64,000 nt of DNA, taken from an uncultured Planctomycetota bacterium. Lineage in GTDB: Bacteria > Planctomycetota > PLA2 > JAEUHO01. Both the position numbers and the translations under genes were made by a program. The first letter of the stretch is position 1, and the number at the start of each line of letters is the position of its first letter. The stretch covers positions 2,283,333 to 2,347,332 of the forward strand of contig CAVVXN010000005.1 in the NCBI GenBank assembly GCA_963752285.1, read 5' to 3'. Under the pieces are notes generated by a model. The model worked only from the letters and a program-made list of their open reading frames with translations, had not been told where the DNA came from and did not search any database. Below are positions 49,770 through 60,040 of the stretch, piece after piece.

Positions 49770-50405
49770 ATGGACCCTCGACTCGACGATGCGGTCCGCC
49801 GTGCCCGTGCCGGGGACCCGCGGGCGTTTCGGCAGGTCGCGGAACGCATGGCGCCGGACCTCGTCCGGTACCTGACCTTCTATCTCGGCGGCGACTTCCA
49901 CGCCGCGCACGACGTCGCACAAGACGTCCTGATCGGAGCGTGGGACGCGCTCTCGGGCATCACCGACGCGACGCATCTCCGACGATGGTGCTACCGCGTC
50001 GGCCGGTGCCGCGCCGTGAGCTGGCTCCGCCGGCGCGGGCCACGTGGGCTGCGCCCCGAGTCGCTCGACGCCGTCCAGGACGACGTCCGATCCCCGCTCG
50101 CGCCCGCCGCGACGCCCCGCCCCGAGCCCGACCAGGTGGAGCGCGCGCTTCAGAAGGCGCTTCGGACCCTGCCGCCCACCTACGCGGGGCCGATCCACCT
50201 GCACTACGTACGAGGCCTCAGCACGCGTGAGACGGCTGAGCTCCTCGGCCTCACGCAGAGTACGGTGAAGATGCGACTTCACCGCGCGCGCACGATGCTT
50301 CGCCGCGAGATCGACCGCGAGATCGAACGCGAGACCGACAGCCCGCCCCGGAGCGGGAACGGAGACGTCCACCATGAGAACCGCCCACCCCCCCGCGCCC
50401 CTTGA
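49770..50405 (+). CDS. ECF RNA polymerase sigma factor
   Basis: AGDPRAF, AHDVAQD, LRRWCYRV, ETAELLGLTQSTVKMRLHRAR. Confidence 0.9.
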   Translation: MDPRLDDAVRRARAGDPRAFRQVAERMAPDLVRYLTFYLGGDFHAAHDVAQDVLIGAWDALSGITDATHLRRWCYRVGRCRAVSWLRRRGPRGLRPESLDAVQDDVRSPLAPAATPRPEPDQVERALQKALRTLPPTYAGPIHLHYVRGLSTRETAELLGLTQSTVKMRLHRARTMLRREIDREIERETDSPPRSGNGDVHHENRPPPRAP

Positions 50406-50718
50406 CGGATTCGAGCGTCGGCTGAGACGTCTCGGCTCCGAGGCGCGCCAGGCGCCCTTCGACTCCGCCCTCCCCCTGCGGGTCGAGGCCGAGGTGCGCC
50501 GGCGCCTCGGCCTTCCACCGCGCGGCGGCACGCGCGTGCTTCCGCTCCCGCTCGCGCTGCTCGCCGCCGTGCTCCTGGCTTTGGGTGCCTGGTGGCGCCC
50601 GCCGGTCCCGCGCGTCGGCCGCGCGGACGCCGCGGGGCCGCCCGCGAGCGCAGGCCCGGCCCTCCCGAACCGGTCACGCGAGGCGACACCCGCGCGGTCT
50701 CGGACCTCCACGCCGTGA
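50374..50718 (+). CDS. Putative small anti-sigma membrane protein
   Basis: Overlaps the ECF 3' end; single TM segment LPLALLAAVLLALGAWW. Confidence 0.55.
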   Translation: MRTAHPPAPLDGFERRLRRLGSEARQAPFDSALPLRVEAEVRRRLGLPPRGGTRVLPLPLALLAAVLLALGAWWRPPVPRVGRADAAGPPASAGPALPNRSREATPARSRTSTP

Positions 50719-51464
50719 GCCGCGCCGGGCTCGGCACCGCGGCGCGCGGAATGGCGGCCGTCCTCCTCGTCCTCGCGTGCGCCGCCCAGGCCGCACGCGG
50801 CGGTCCCGTCGAGGCGCGCCGCCGGCTCGACGACGCCCGACACGTCGTCGGGGACGCCTGGGCGCCCAGGGTCCGGGCGTTTCGGCAGGCGATCGAGGCC
50901 GCGAACCCCACGGACCGGACGTACGCGCGGGCGATCGCGGGTGTCGCGTCGGCGCTCGAGCGGGCGGGGCTCGTCCACGGCGCGATCGCGTTCGCGGAAC
51001 GACGGGCGCGTCTCGGCCCACGCCGCGACCGCGCGCGCCTCGACGCAACGATGGACCTCGCCCTCCTCCTCCGGCGCGAGGGCGATCTCGAGACGGCCGA
51101 CCCCCTGCTCGACGAGGTCCTGGACCTCGCGCGGCCCGTCTCCGCGCACCTCGCAGACCGGGCACTGGAAGCGCGGAGCGAGGACGCGTTCGAGGCACGA
51201 GATCTCGCGGCGCTCCGCACGCTCTCACGGCGCGCAAGGAAGGAACGCGCCGCGCCATCGGTCCGCATCGCGGTCCACGACGAGCTGGGGCGACTGCTCC
51301 TCCTCCGCGGCGACCGCCGCGGCGCCGCGCGCGCCCTCGAGGAGGCCGAGGCCGACTGGCGGGACGCCGCGCGCGAAGACGGCCCCGAGACCGCCCGGAC
51401 CGCCCGACGCTGGCTCGACCTCGCGCTCCGCAGGCGCCTCGCGACGACGGGGGATGCCGAATGA
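50715..51464 (+). CDS. Secreted helical (TPR-like) protein
   Basis: Signal peptide MAAVLLVLACAAQA; TPR-like segments LALLLRREGDLETA and LGRLLLLRGDRRGAARALEEA; GTGA coupling. Confidence 0.6.
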   Translation: MSRAGLGTAARGMAAVLLVLACAAQAARGGPVEARRRLDDARHVVGDAWAPRVRAFRQAIEAANPTDRTYARAIAGVASALERAGLVHGAIAFAERRARLGPRRDRARLDATMDLALLLRREGDLETADPLLDEVLDLARPVSAHLADRALEARSEDAFEARDLAALRTLSRRARKERAAPSVRIAVHDELGRLLLLRGDRRGAARALEEAEADWRDAAREDGPETARTARRWLDLALRRRLATTGDAE

Positions 51465-51502
51465 ATCGGCAGCGCGCGGTCCACCCGCGCCGAGTGGACG
51501 GC

Positions 51503-52843
51503 CTACGTGGTGCGCGCCGACGCCGGACGCGGGGCGGCGGTTCCGCGCCGTCCCATGCCGTGGTGCTCGAAACCAGCGGCCTCGAGCCTCTTCGAGTCGT
51601 AGAGGTTTCGCCCATCGAACACGACGGGCGTGCGGACGAGTCCCCGCAGGCGGTTCCAGTCGGGCTGACGGTACTCGTTCCATTCCGTGCAGAGGACGAT
51701 CGCGTCCGCGCCCTGGGCGGCCTCGTAGGGGCCGGGCGCGTATTCGATCTCGACGGGGACGACAGCCCGGAAGCCCGACTCCGCCTCGGGGTCGGTCCCG
51801 ACGACCGACGCACCGGCCTCGACCAGGGCCTCCGCCACCACGAGGGCCGGCGCCTCGCGCACGTCGTCGGTCTGCGGCTTGAATGCCAGTCCCCAGAGAG
51901 CGACACGGCGGCCGCGCAGGTCGGGGCCGAGACGCTCCTTCACCTTGTCGGCGAGCCGCGCCTTCTGCTGATCGTTGATGCGCTCGGTCGCGGTGACGAT
52001 CTCCATGGGAACGCCGTACCGATGGCCCACGTGGATCAGCCCTTGCGTGTCCTTGGGAAAGCACGACCCGCCGTATCCGCAGCCCGAATAGAGAAAGGCG
52101 GGCCCGATCCGCGAGTCGCTGGCGAGACCGCGGCGCACCTGCTCGATGTCCACGCCCACGGCGTCGCAGACGCGGGAGATCTCGTTCATGAACGAGATGC
52201 GCGTCGCGAGCATGGCGTTCGCGGCGTACTTCGTGAGCTCGGCCGCCTGGTTGCTCATGCGGAGGATCGGGCGCCCGGAGCGCACGAAGGGGTCGTAGAG
52301 CTCCTGCATGACCTCCCAGGCGTGGTCGTCGTCGGTTCCGATCACGACGCGGTCGGGACGAAGGAAGTCATCGACCGCGGCCCCCTCTTTCAGGAACTCG
52401 GGGTTGTTGACCACCGAGACCGGCCGCTCCGTCCGCGACACGGCGCGGTCGCGGACCCAGGCCGCGGTGCCGACGGGGACCGTGCTCTTGAGGACGAGGA
52501 CGAGGGGGCCGTCGGCGTGCTTCACCACGTCGTCCACGGCCGCACCCACGTACTGGAGGTCCGGCGCGCCGTCGGGTCCCTCCGGCGTCCCGACCGCGAT
52601 GAAGACGACCGCGGCCCCCTTGACGGCCACAGCGTGGTCCGTGGTGAACGCGATCCGGCCCTCGCGCTGCGCACGGTGGAGAATCGGCTCGAGGCCGGGC
52701 TCGTAGATCGGGATCCGGCCGGCCCGGAGGGCCTCGACCTTGCCGGGCACCGTGTCCACGCAGACCACGTCGTGGCCGGTGTCGGCGAAGCAGACCCCCG
52801 CCACGAGCCCGACGTACCCGGTACCGACCACTCCGATCCGCAT
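51503..52843 (-). CDS. ugd: UDP-glucose 6-dehydrogenase
   Basis: GTGYVG, KSTVP, NPEFLKEG, GYGGSCFPKD, GLAFKP. Confidence 0.93.
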   Translation of the reverse strand: MRIGVVGTGYVGLVAGVCFADTGHDVVCVDTVPGKVEALRAGRIPIYEPGLEPILHRAQREGRIAFTTDHAVAVKGAAVVFIAVGTPEGPDGAPDLQYVGAAVDDVVKHADGPLVLVLKSTVPVGTAAWVRDRAVSRTERPVSVVNNPEFLKEGAAVDDFLRPDRVVIGTDDDHAWEVMQELYDPFVRSGRPILRMSNQAAELTKYAANAMLATRISFMNEISRVCDAVGVDIEQVRRGLASDSRIGPAFLYSGCGYGGSCFPKDTQGLIHVGHRYGVPMEIVTATERINDQQKARLADKVKERLGPDLRGRRVALWGLAFKPQTDDVREAPALVVAEALVEAGASVVGTDPEAESGFRAVVPVEIEYAPGPYEAAQGADAIVLCTEWNEYRQPDWNRLRGLVRTPVVFDGRNLYDSKRLEAAGFEHHGMGRRGTAAPRPASARTT

Positions 52844-53181
52844 GGGGAAGCCCTCCGAGGCCCCGTCGGGGGCGGCCCCCCGGACGGGGTCGCCAGCCTA
52901 GCGGCCGGCCCCGGTCCGACCCTGGAATGGCGCGGCCCGCCCCCGCGGCCCCCCCGCGGCCCCCCGCGCCGTGCCCACGGAACCGTCCTGCCGCGACGGG
53001 CCCACCGAGCGCAGTCCCACGCAGCGCGCACACCGCAGGCCGTGGCGCGCGCGCCGGCCATGGAGGCCGAATCGAGACCGACGGCGCACCCCCACCGCGT
53101 GCGGACGCCGAGCGCGGCACATCCGGCTCCACAACGCCCCCATCGGGGCGCCGCACGGACCAACGCGACACCCCCCCGACG

Positions 53182-53209
53182 TTGACGGCGCCGGGGCGGG
53201 ACCTACACT
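53182..53209 (+). promoter_or_regulatory. Sigma70-type promoter of tRNA-Asp
   Basis: TTGACG-N16-TACACT, 22 nt upstream of the tRNA. Confidence 0.65.
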
Positions 53210-53231
53210 CCCTCCCTCTCTGGTCGCGACC

Positions 53232-53309
53232 GGGGGTGTAGCTCAGCTGGTTTAGAGCGCCGGCCTGTCAAGCCGGAGGTCGCGGGTTCGAGTCCCGTCA
53301 CTCCCGCCA
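53232..53309 (+). tRNA. tRNA-Asp(GTC)
   Basis: GGGGGTGTAGCTCAGCTGGTTTAGAGCGCCGGCCTGTCAAGCCGGAGGTCGCGGGTTCGAGTCCCGTCACTCCCGCCA; anticodon GTC. Confidence 0.97.
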
Positions 53310-53520
53310 TTCACACCGCGCCCACGCGGCCAGTTACTGGCCCTTTGCGGCGGATCGGCGCTTGCGCTCACTTTCGCGTCTGCGTCGAAAGGTACATACC
53401 GTCCCAGCACCGGTGCTGGGACGGCGCTCTCAGGTCGCGTCGCTGCGGCGACGTCTTCCTTGCTCCCTTCCACGCGCCGGCGAGGTACTGCTGCGCACGT
53501 CCAACGGAATGGAGTCTCGG

Positions 53521-54588
53521 ATGCCCTGGCTACGCTCGCGAACGGAACGCTCCACGGGTCTCACGACCTGGGCCATCGAGTGGCGCGAAGGTGGCCGCAG
53601 GGCAAGGTGCGCCACCGCGTCGCTCGGCCCCATCACCGAGAAGGAGGCGCAGTACGAGCTCGCCGCGATGAACGCCGGCAAGCGCACGCGCCGCGGCGCC
53701 GACGCAGACCGCCGACCCCGAAGCGCGCCGTCGCCGAGTACCTGAAGCACCTCAAGGTCTCGGGCCGCCGCCAGGGCACGCTCGACCACGACGCCGACAA
53801 GCTGAAGCCGCTGCTCGACGAGTGGGCCGAGCGCCCGATGGCGCGAGTGGTCCCGCCCGATGCTGGAGGCGCTCGCTCGAGCGCGCGCGGGTGGTCGCCC
53901 AGCCGGGTCCGCCAGGCGCTCGGCGTCTACCGCCGCTTCATCGCCTGGTGCGGCGCCGTGGGCTACGCGTGCGGGGACTTCGTCGGCGAGTTCAAGCCGC
54001 CCCGCGCCCGCCCCCTCGAGCACCGCGAGGCCCTCTCCGCCGAGCAGTGCCGCCGCCTCCTCGACGCGGCCCGGGGCCACTACCTCGAGGTCCCCGTCGC
54101 CCTGGCCCTGTTCACCGGCCTCTCCCGGGCCGACCTCCGGGCCATCACCTGGAAGGAGGTGGACCTGGACGGCGGGTTCATCACCCGCCCCCGGTCCAAG
54201 ACCGGCCGCCCCCTCCGGCTCCCCATGTCGGAGCCCCTCAGGGAGGTCCTGGAGCGCCACCGCCAGCGCTCGGGCCGGGTCTGCCGCCGCCTCCCGAAGT
54301 CCGATTCCTCGCTCTACAAGGCCCTCCACCGCCTCATGGACCGGGCCGGGGTCCCCCGGAGCGGCTGGCACCAGCTTCGCCACACGCGCCGCCACGCTCC
54401 TCGCGGCCGCGGGGATCGACGTGGCCACGATCGGGCGGATCCTCGGGCATCGGCCGGGGGCGTCGTCACCTTGCGGTACCTTCACACGGACGATGCCGCG
54501 GCTCCGGGAGGCCGCGGAGGCGGTTGCGAAGGCGGTGTCGCAACGCATGGCGCGGAGGCAGCGAATTGACCGGCGAACGAGGCCCTAG
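53521..54588 (+). CDS. Tyrosine recombinase/integrase (several frameshifts)
   Basis: Reconstructed across frames: MPWLRSR...WAIEWREGG (arm-binding-like), LALFTGLSRADL, RSKTG, HQLRH, ILGH, TLRYLH. Confidence 0.88.
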
Positions 54589-54601
54589 TGGGCGGAGCAT
54601 C

Positions 54602-56247
54602 TTGAAACTCATCGACACCATTGCGGCGAACAAGCTGCGCGGCGGCTACTACACTGCCCGCCCAGTTGTGGACTTCTGCATCCGCAGGGTAACGGGCGCT
54701 GATGCGAAGTCGAGGAGGGACCAACTGCATGGCTTGAGCCTTCGGCCGGTGATGGTGCGTGTTCTCCGAGGACTCGCTGGAGGCCCGGGACCATCGCGTA
54801 ATCGCCCCACCTACGGTAACGGCGGTCGAGCTAGACCGCGGCGAGGCCACCAAGTGTTCGAGGATCGTGCGGGAATCTGGCATGGCGGGTTCTGTGTCGA
54901 GTCAGTGCTTTTTCGAATGGGGCGAACGTCACGCCGCACGTGTTCGACGCGGTGAGTTGGCAACCCGCCGTTCGTTCGCTATCAGTTCGTCGATATCACG
55001 CCAGCGCGAGCTGTTCGAGCGTCAGGCGCAGCGCTTTGGGCATCAAACTTGGTGGCGTGTCCAACCTCTGGATCCCGTTCGCTATTCTCAGCCTCTCACG
55101 ACTAGAGGCAGGCGGGGCGTTTGCATTGGTTCTTCCAAGCGAATTTGTCTCCACGGTCTCTGCGGGGGTTTTCCGTACGTTCCTCGTGCGGAACTTCGCC
55201 ATCGCCCAAGTGGACCTCTTCCCGCGAGACACGTTTCCGGAGTTGCTCCAGGACGTGGTGGTCCTGAGCGGGCGGCGTGCCTGCCGCACCGCACCGTCGC
55301 GCCGCGTGGCTTTCTGCGAGCACCAAGCTGGTCTCTGAGACCCATTGGAAGCACAGCATCTCAGGACAGGGCGCATCTCGTGGACGCAGTACCTCCTGAC
55401 CGAGGATGAAGTGACTGCTTTCGATGCGGTACGGGCGTCTGCCGACCATCCACCAGCTTGGGGAAGTGGCTCGGACTCGAGGTCTCGACCGTAACCGGGT
55501 GCCAATTCGTTCTTCACTGTTGACGACCAGAGCGCGAGCTGCACACGAACTAGACCCGTGGGCGAGGCCATTCCTCGCACGGACCTCCGACTGTCCCGGC
55601 ATTGTCTTCCGCAAGGCTGACCATCGCGCAGCCCGCAAAAATGGAAGTCGGACTTGGATTCTCGACTTTTCCGCTGACCGTCCAGCTCCTATCAATGGGG
55701 CAGTCGCGTACATGGCCGGGGGCGCGGCAGAGGGGCTCCCCGCGCGTTACAAGTGCCGAATCCGAGAGCCTTGGTACCGCGTTCCACACATCAAGGTCGG
55801 CCGACTACTACTGACTAAGCGAGCGCATCTCTATCACCGCCTACTATGCTGAACGAGGCCAGGGGTTCTGACGACTGACACGATCTATCGGGGTGAAATG
55901 CTCCCTGGATTCACGGCGAGGGCATCAGGACCTTGTGGCTGGCTTCCAGAACACAATGACGCTTCTCTCTACTGAATTGGAGGGCCGTTCCTACGGCGGC
56001 GGAGTACTTGAGCTTGTCCCATCCGAGATTGCACGATTGCTCGTACCGCTCGTTGATATGCGCTACGATCTACCCAAGCTGGATCTCGTGAGCCGGGCGC
56101 GGCGGGGGGACAACGCGACGAATTGGAGACGGTATCCGCCGGGAAGTGGACGCGTGCATCGCCCGCCACCTGCCGGGCTTCGCTGATCTGCTCCCACCTC
56201 TCGAGCGTGCTCGATCTCGCCTCTTGGATCGTCGCCTCCGTTCCTAG
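54602..56247 (+). CDS. N6-adenine DNA methyltransferase, gamma class (several frameshifts)
   Basis: Across frames: KLRGGYYT, WLEPSAGDGA, AVELD, GNPPFVRYQ, NLWIPF, YKCRIREPWY, ELEGRSYGGGVLELVPSE; ends LDRRLRS*. Confidence 0.85.
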
Positions 56248-57412
56248 GGCGCCCAGCTCCGGACGTTCTTCGGTGATCGTGATCGAGTAGCTACCGTCCT
56301 CGTGGCGTTGGATCACAACCCAGTTTCCGACTCGGGAATTGGCCCGCAGCCAAGCGATAAGGTCTCTCCCCCAATGCAGATGTGTGACGATGTTGGCTTG
56401 CGCCGATTCGCGCGACGGCTTGTGGCTGACCTTCAGCGTACGCTGCTCCGGATCTCTTCCTGGAAACGCAATGGTAAACGTAACGTGGCACTCCTGCTTC
56501 TCGCCCACGTCGATCCAGGTCTTCGAGCTCCAAGAACCCTCACGGAAGTAGGTCGCCGCGTGATGCCCCAACCTGCCCGCGATAGGCCGAGGATCCCGCG
56601 CACATTCGAGTTTGGGTTGCTGGGCTGCTGGGCGTCGTTCCTCGGAAGTCGCTTGCACCAACGAAGGTGCTGGACAAGCACGCACCCCTTGAGGGCCTCT
56701 CCGGCCTCTGCGATGACCCCGGCACCTCCTTCCTCACCCGTCCGCGTGGGGATGGCGCCGTAGTGGACGCCAAAGGCGCGCGACTCGCAACCCCGCTGCC
56801 CACCGCGCGCCGCCTCGGTATCGGCACGCGCGGCGGCGCGACTCGCACGCCGAGCGCGCTGGCGGTCACCAGTACACCGCTCCACGAGCAGTGCGTCGAG
56901 TCCTCACGGACCCTGATCTGGAATACCCCATCCTCGGTCCGGCGGGCCCAGGCGTCGATCGCGTCGGCTAGCGCACTAAGTGCCGACGTCGCTACCATGC
57001 CCGAGGATGACTCCTGCCTCGATATTTCGGCCAAGCCCGGCCTCGGTCAGATTGGCGGACCCAACGTAGCCGGCTGCCTTCCGTCGGGCCCGACCAGATG
57101 AATGGACTTGGGATGGAAGAGAGCGCTTCCCGCACAGCTAACGATCGTCAGGGATCGCCGGGCGGGGTCGGTGAGCAGCGGGACAAGCGCGTCAACGTCC
57201 TCGATGGTCGGCTGCTCCGGAGCGTTCGACCCGAGTACCAGCCGCACGACTTCGACTCCATCCAGTACTTCAAGGTGATCACGCAGGAGCCCAGGGAGAA
57301 GAAGCCCGTCTCGGCAACGGAAGCTCCGCACGCCCGCGACCAACTTCGTACGGAGCCAATTCCCGAGCGCGTCCTCGGGGCGGCCCCTGCTTGAGTCCAA
57401 GTACTCGACCAT
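56244..57412 (-). CDS. Phospholipase D-superfamily nuclease with C-terminal putative DNA-recognition domain (frameshifted; 3' end approximate)
   Basis: VRLVLG, FHPKSIHL...GYVGSANLTEAGLGRNIEAG (HxK...GSxN...NxE); C-terminal WCKRLPRNDAQQP...SHKPSRESAQANIVTHLHWG. Confidence 0.8.
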
Positions 57413-57696
57413 GGCATCGAGCGTATTCCCAGAACGGGTGTCGCGCTGAGGGAGACCTCGGAGGGGACCGGTCGCGGCAGGCACGCAACCTGTCCGGAAC
57501 AGCACTCCAGCCGCCCTACCCGCGAATCCCGCCGCCATCGGCGATGCGGTTCCAGTCTGCGCCCGGCAGATCGCAGGGGATGTGAGCTCGCTTCTTCGCG
57601 GGGCCGGATGCCTCTGCGGATAGGTGCTCGCGAATGGCCAGCCGCACGGGGGGGTTGGGCCACGTAGGATGTAGGCCCACGGAGGCCAACTAGCCC

Positions 57697-59721
57697 GTGG
57701 ACACGCGTCGAGTCAGAGACTACTGACGAGAACATCCGGCAGCAGTACCAATGCGGGCCGAAGGTGGCCGTCGAGGAACTGATCTGGAACGCGGCTGGAC
57801 TCCGGAACCGACATTGTTGAGGTCGTTCACGAGGCGACGCCACTTGCGTCGGTGACCGCCATCGAGGTCCACGATCGGGGCGTCGGAATTCCCCTTGCCA
57901 TGTTGGACCGGGCGTTCGGTACGCTCGGGCATCGATCAAAGTCGACGCGTCCCGCACGGCACCTGCGGATGGGCGGTCCTTCCACGGATCCGAGGGGCGC
58001 GGTCGCTATCGCGCGCTGGCACTCGGTCAGACAGCGACCTGGCGCACGAGATACCGCGAAGGTGGGCAGACCTGGGCCTACGAAATTGTCCTGAGTCGCG
58101 GCAGCGAAGTAACTACGAGCGTCACAAAGGCCCGTCAAGGGCGAGTGGCAGTGCGACCGGAACGGTGGTACGAGTCGAGGGGATCGATGACGGACACCTG
58201 GCACTCCTTGCAGGCGAGATACAGGAGTACCTGACTCGGCGTCTTGCACTCTACCTTGTCAGCTACCCAAGCGTACGCGTGAATACGGCGAGGAGTGGGA
58301 ACGATCCGGCTTCTCAGATTCAGCGATCCGAAGAAGAACCCTCCAGCCCATCTCGTCAGACCTGCAACGGCCGCGGATCCGCCTTGTTGAGTGGACATCC
58401 AGCATGGGCGCGAAGACGATTTACATGTGCGATCCCACGGGCTTCGTTTGCGCCGGAAGTCCGCGCTGGTGTTCAGACTCGAAGCCTTCGACTGCTCGGC
58501 GTTCGTCTCGTACGAAGACGTTCCCCGGTGGACCGCTGCGACACATGATTGCGCTTGCCGACCTCGGCAACGAGCAGAACGAGGTCAAGAAGCTGATCGA
58601 CTCCGCGCGAGACGAGATGCGGAAGTATGTGAAGGAGCGGTGGCCGAAGAACGCCGAATCTCGTGGATGCATGGAAGGAGGAGCACAGCTATCCATTCCG
58701 TCGAGACCGAGCCCGACACGCCCGTCCTCCAAGCGGAGAGGCAGGTCTTCGACATCGTTGCGTCCCGCGTCCACCAGTACAACTCAGGCTTTCGCGATGG
58801 ACAAGTCGGCCGATCGGCGGCTAACCCTCGGCTTGCTCCGGCAGGCGCTGCAGGCCGGGCCCCTCTGACTTGAAGCGCATCCTCGAAGAAGTGCTGGCCT
58901 TGCCCGACGCGCAGCGCAGGGAGTTGGCGGACATCCTCCAGAAGACGAATCTTTCCGCTTTGGTTTCGGCCGCGAAGACGGTCTCGGATCGCATGAGCGT
59001 CGTAGAGGGACTCGACCACATTCTTTTCGACGAGGACTGGCGCGCGCGACTGCGAGAGCGCACGCAGCTCCATCGACTGCTCGTGCACCATCAGTGGGTC
59101 TTCGGCGACGAGTACACTGTCGACACCGATGATGAGGGGCTAACCCAACTCCTCAAGCAGCACGTCAAGATGCTTGGCCGGGATGAGCTGGCGCCAGACG
59201 TTCACGTGGATCAGATCGACGGGCGAGGCGGGATCCCCGACCTCATGCTCTCCAGGAAGTTCAAGCGCGATCGCGGAGCATTTGAACACCTTGTCGTCGA
59301 GCTCAAAGCGCCCGTCAATCTCGTTGGGTGCAGACGAGATCAACCAGATCGAGAACTACGCGTTCACGGTCTTGGCGGACGATCGGTTTTCGAAGACAAG
59401 GACGGACTGGACCTTCATCCTGATCGGTACATCCTGGTCACCCTTCGCAGAGGAGAAGGCAAATCAGGATGCACTCCCCTACGGGACCCTCCACCAGCGC
59501 GGAAACGTGCGGATCTTGTTGCGCCGTTGGAGCGACGTCCTTTCAGAGGCGCGCCACCGATACGAGTTCTTCCGAGAGAAGCTGCAGATCGAGGTCTCGA
59601 AGTCAGAGGGTCTACGGTACCTGCAGCAACGACATCATGACCTGCTCACTGGGAAGGGGCTGACCAAGCGTCAGGAAGCGGCCAGTCAGGAGGCATCGGA
59701 AGCTGAGGCGGCCTGCCCTAG
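57697..59721 (+). CDS. GHKL (MORC/MutL-type) ATPase fused to a C-terminal PD-(D/E)xK nuclease (frameshifted; 3' end approximate)
   Basis: AVEELIWNALD, IEVHDRGVGIP, HGSEGRGRY; C-terminal ERTQLH...WVFGDEY...IPDLML...VVELKAP...EINQIENY; GGAGG RBS at 57681. Confidence 0.8.
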
Positions 59722-59754
59722 GCAGCATTGGGATCGCGGTCCGTGTGTGGATTG

Positions 59755-60040
59755 CTACCGCGCCAGCATCGCGATCGCCGCCGCCACCGCCACCCCGACG
59801 ACCCACGCCACGATGCCCCACTTGAGCCGGTGCTCGCCGACGGCGGCGAACAGGCGCATCACGCTGCTCCTCCAGGGCGCCGACGCGGGCCTCGACGTGG
59901 GCCGCCTGCGCCCGGACCTCGACGACGGACTGGGCGGCCCACTGGTCGTGGCGCCCCGCCCAGTCCTCGATCCGGCGAATCCGACGCTCGGGGTCGTCGG
60001 ACTCGGCGGGAGCGAACGGGGGGCCACGATCGAAGCTCAT
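59755..60040 (-). CDS. Small coiled-coil protein with C-terminal TM helix (holin/XhlA-like architecture; one frameshift)
   Basis: ERRIRRIED...EARVGALE, then KWGIVAWVVGVAVAAAIAMLAR*; ATGA overlap with the upstream gene. Confidence 0.6.
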
